Made by a program: the position numbers and the translations under genes. From Camelus dromedarius (lineage: Eukaryota), in NCBI RefSeq assembly GCF_036321535.1, contig NC_087451.1, positions 32,426,001-32,490,000 on the forward strand: 64,000 nucleotides of DNA. The letters are read 5' to 3'. Shown here in pieces: positions 60,823 to 64,000 of the stretch. The notes below the pieces were generated by a model. That model worked only from the letters and a program-made list of their open reading frames with translations. It searched no databases and was not told the DNA's origin. Numbering within the stretch: position 1 is the first letter of the stretch; each line of letters starts with the position of its first letter.

Positions 60823-60986
60823 TCCATGGCAGAAGGGAGAGAGGGTGTGGCGAGACAGGGGTTCCCGGGACACCTAGCATCTTCCGACTCAAAGGAGTGT
60901 GGGGGTTGACTAGGGAGCAGAAGTTGGGGCGGGGCGGAACTCGGCTCGCCCCGCCCCTCTGATGCCCCGCCCCCTCCCGCCCCCAG

Positions 60987-61585
60987 GAACCGGGCTCCGC
61001 CTTCCTGCAGCTGGGCGTGTCCCTGGAGCAGCAGCTGCAGGTGCTGTTCAAGGTGCTGGAGGAGTACGACTGGAGCGCGTTCGCCGTGATCACCAGCCTG
61101 CACCCGGGCCACGCGCTCTTCCTCGAGGGCGTGCGCGCCGTCGCCGATGCCAGCTACCTGGGCTGGCGGCTGCTGGACGTGCTCACGCTGGAGCTGGGCC
61201 CCGGCGGGACGCGCGCGCGCACCCAGCGCCTGCTGCGCCAGCTCGACGCTCCCGTGCTGGTGGCCTACTGCTCCCGCGAGGAGGCGGAGGTGCTCTTCGC
61301 CGAGGCGGCGCAGGCCGGCCTGGTGGGGCCCGGGCACGTGTGGCTGGTGCCCAACCTGGCGCTGGGTAGCACCGACACGCCGCCTGCCGCCTTCCCCGTG
61401 GGCCTCATCAGCGTCGTCACTGAGAGCTGGCGCCTCAGCCTGCGCCAGAAGGTCCGCGACGGCGTGGCCATCCTGGCCCTGGGCGCCCATGGCTACCGGC
61501 GCCAGTATGGCGCCCTGCCCACCCCGGCTGGGGACTGCCGCGGCCACCCCGGGCGCATCAGCCCTGCCCGGGAGGCCTTCTACAG
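60987..61585 (+). CDS. GRIN2C: GRIN2C coding exon 2 (599 nt), amino-terminal domain; intragenic CpG island
   Basis: [29 protein letters not shown]...SPAREAFYR; CAG acceptor, GT donor at 61586. Confidence 0.96.
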
Positions 61586-61913
61586 GTGTGCACCTGCCCA
61601 GGGCATGGGAGTGAGGGGGGTGCTTCAGGGAACTTGGCGGCAGTGAGCTTGGGCTCGCTGGCCACACCTCCCAACTAGCTGTGTGTCTGGGGCCAAGTTA
61701 CCTCCCCTCTCTGGGCCTTAGTTTCTTCATCTGAGAAAAGAGCCTGGTAGGCTCTGGTGGTGAGGATCTCAGAGGTCAACACAGGGAAACACAGGACAAT
61801 AAGTACACAAAAGCTACCTGTTGGTGGTGGTGATGAGGCAGAAGGTGGGGGAGGGGCATCTGGGTAGGGCTGCAGGCATGGCTAAGGGGACACTGGCTTC
61901 TCCTCCCTCACAG

Positions 61914-62028
61914 GCATCTACTGAATGTCACNNNNNNNNNNNNNNNNNNNNNNNNNNNNNNNNNNNNNNNNNNNNNNNNNNNNNNNNNNNNNNNNNNNNN
62001 NNNNNNNNNNNNNNNNNNNNNNNNNNNN
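61914..62028 (+). CDS. GRIN2C: GRIN2C coding exon 3; 3' end inferred inside the 132-N gap (61932-62063)
   Basis: CAG|G CAT CTA CTG AAT GTC AC = (R)HLLNVT; end placed using the recalled 115-nt human exon, whose phase fits the next exon. Confidence 0.75.
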
Positions 62029-62544
62029 NNNNNNNNNNNNNNNNNNNNNNNNNNNNNNNNNNNCTCTCCTTTTGTCCCCACCTATTGTCCCACAGCCGAG
62101 AGTCCCTACTGTCCCTCATCCAGCCCCTCATCCTTCAGGTCTCAGCTGAAACATCTCCACTGAGAAGCCTTCCAGGCCCCCCAGGGTGGGTGAGGCACCT
62201 CTGCTCGGGGCTCCCACAACACCCCGGCCTCCCTCCGCTGTAGAATTTACCAAGCACTCTTGTTACATTGTCCTGCCCCAGGAGGGGTAACCCACAGCTG
62301 TGCTGGCTAGATGGCCATGTTAACTAGTAGAATTTGGGGAGATCAGTGCTTGAGAAGAAATGTTTGCAAAGCATTATGGGAGTAGAAAAGAAGGGCAGAA
62401 ATTCATTCTGCCTTTAAAGGAGGAAACTGGGGAAGGCTTCACAGAAGTTGGGACATTTGGGCTGTGCTATGGAGGGTTGAATAGGAGCCCACCAGGAAGG
62501 GATACTAGCCTGTTATTGACAGAAGGGAAGGAGGGCTTGGGATA

Positions 62545-62701
62545 TTTTTTGTTTGGTTGGTTTGGGGGTTGTTGGGGAGGGGAGGTAATTAGGTTTATTT
62601 ATTTATTTACTTATTTTTTTTTCAATGGAGGTACTGGGGATTGAACCCAGGACCCCGCTCATGCTAAGCACGCACTCTGCCACTGAGCTCTACCCTCCCC
62701 C
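62545..62701 (-). mobile_element. Full-length Vic-1-type tRNA-Ala-derived SINE (camelid)
   Basis: Minus strand GGGGGAGGGTAGAGCTCAGTGG...GGGTTCAATCCCCAGTACCTCCA, A-rich linker, CCTAATTACCTCCCC, A-rich tail; degenerate TSD tgggRYatttttt. Confidence 0.85.
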
Positions 62702-63146
62702 GTGGGGCATTTTTTAAGCGATGTGTTTGGAGGTGTGGAAACTGGGAAAGGAGGGTGGGGTGGTGGAGAGAAGCTGGACCTGAGTGTGAAGAGCCTTGAG
62801 TGCCGGGCTGAGAACTTGATATGAAAGTTGGGAGAATGAGTGTGGTGAGACAGGCTCAGGTCTGGGCTTTAGCTGGACGCTGTGGGCCAGCAGCAGTGTG
62901 GAGGCTGGACTGGAAAGCACAGGGACCAGAGGCCAGGGGAAGCTGCAGAGAGCTTCCCTTCTGGCCTTGCCCTGACTCTCCTGTTCTCCAAATGCTCCCG
63001 CCCCAGGTCCTGCTCCGACTGTTCCCAGCAACCCCAGGTGAGGGAGGGGGATTCTTGTCCCTGCCAGGCTCCGCCTAGAAGCCTCACCTACAGGGTGGGG
63101 GTAGTAAGGCGGAAGGTCCCAGGCTGAGACTGGTCACCCTCTGCAG

Positions 63147-63358
63147 GTGGGGCGCTGGGACCACGGCATCCTCCACATGAAGTACCCAGTGTGGCCTCGC
63201 TACGGTGCCTCCTTGCAGCCCGTGGTGGACAGCCGACATCTGACAGTGGCCACGCTGGAAGAGCGACCCTTTGTCATCGTGGAGAGCCCTGACCCTGGCA
63301 CAGGTGGCTGCGTGCCCAACACCGTGCCCTGCCGCCGGCAGAGCAACCACACCTTCAG
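63147..63358 (+). CDS. GRIN2C: GRIN2C coding exon 4 (212 nt), start of the S1 ligand-binding segment
   Basis: [70 protein letters not shown]. Confidence 0.96.
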
Positions 63359-63514
63359 GTCCGTGAGAACACAAAGGAGGCCTGGTGTGAGCCGTGTGCT
63401 GCCCTGTGATGGCAGGCGTTGAGTGTGTCTTATGCTTGTTCCTGGGGGTGGGGGTCCAGCTGCCAGGCTGGGAGGAGTGGCTGGCTCTGATTTCTGGTGG
63501 TCTCTTGGCGGCAG

Positions 63515-63680
63515 CAGTGGTGACGCGGCCCCTTACACCAAGCTTTGCTGTAAGGGCTTCTGCATCGACATCCTCAAGAAGCTGGCCAAAGCGGTCAAGT
63601 TCTCCTATGACCTGTACCTGGTGACCAATGGCAAACACGGCAAGAGGGTGCGCGGCGTGTGGAACGGCATGATTGGGGAG
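63515..63680 (+). CDS. GRIN2C: GRIN2C coding exon 5 (166 nt); gene continues beyond the window
   Basis: [55 protein letters not shown]; donor GTAGGC at 63681. Confidence 0.96.
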
Positions 63681-64000
63681 GTAGGCCCGCCCCCAGTCCC
63701 CTCGAGCCCACCTGCCTGCCCCTCTCCAGGCTGCCTGGGGCCCCACACATCCGTCAGCCACTCCCAGCTGTTCCTTAGGTGTTTCCTCCTGGGCTGGTGA
63801 TCAGTCAGGGTGGGACCCAGGCCCAGCTCCTCAGGGTCCCCCAGGGGGCAGGGGGTCTGGGCTGTCACCAGTGATGACCCCTGGGGTGGTCAGAATGGAA
63901 AGTGGAGCTCTGCTTGACCCCAGGTGGGAACAGCTAACTCAGCTGGTAGGTGCTGGGAGAGGGGCGTGGTGGGGAGAGGGGAGTGTTCCAGCCTCAGGGA

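Noticed and set aside
60648-61667. 339-aa minus-strand ORF
   Set aside because: Antisense shadow of the GC-rich GRIN2C exon extended into MER5A sequence.

Overview
Mammalian genomic DNA, not prokaryotic: no CRISPR array, operon or rRNA. It is the syntenic block OTOP2(-) <> USH1G(+) > FADS6(+) > FDXR(+) > GRIN2C(+), which I recall as orthologous to human 17q25.1. tRNA-Ala-derived Vic-1-type SINEs suggest a camelid (inference). I traced exons by hand using GT/AG boundaries and phase: OTOP2 (5 coding exons here, last exon left of the window), USH1G (3 exons, 461 aa), FADS6 (6 exons, 342 aa), FDXR (12 exons, 492 aa) and GRIN2C (first 5 coding exons, continuing past the window). Five N-gaps hide parts of USH1G exon 2, a GRIN2C exon end and two repeats. 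The rest is typical interspersed repeats (MIR, L2, L1, hAT MERs, LTRs); repeat family names come from recalled consensus sequences and repeat coordinates are approximate. I cannot claim a new multi-gene system. The best leads are: (1) a TSD-flanked composite retroposon at 41401-41633 (tRNA-Ala/Vic-1 head, captured old-L1 3' end, AATAAA, T5, A-rich tail) that may be an undescribed polyadenylation-competent SINE variant; (2) a USH1G donor where spliced and intron-retained mRNAs encode the same -DTEL C-terminus; (3) overlapping ATGA stop/start uORFs in the GRIN2C leader; (4) a two-state GC hairpin over a GRIN2C branch point; (5) a set of oriented CTCF motifs partitioning the cluster.
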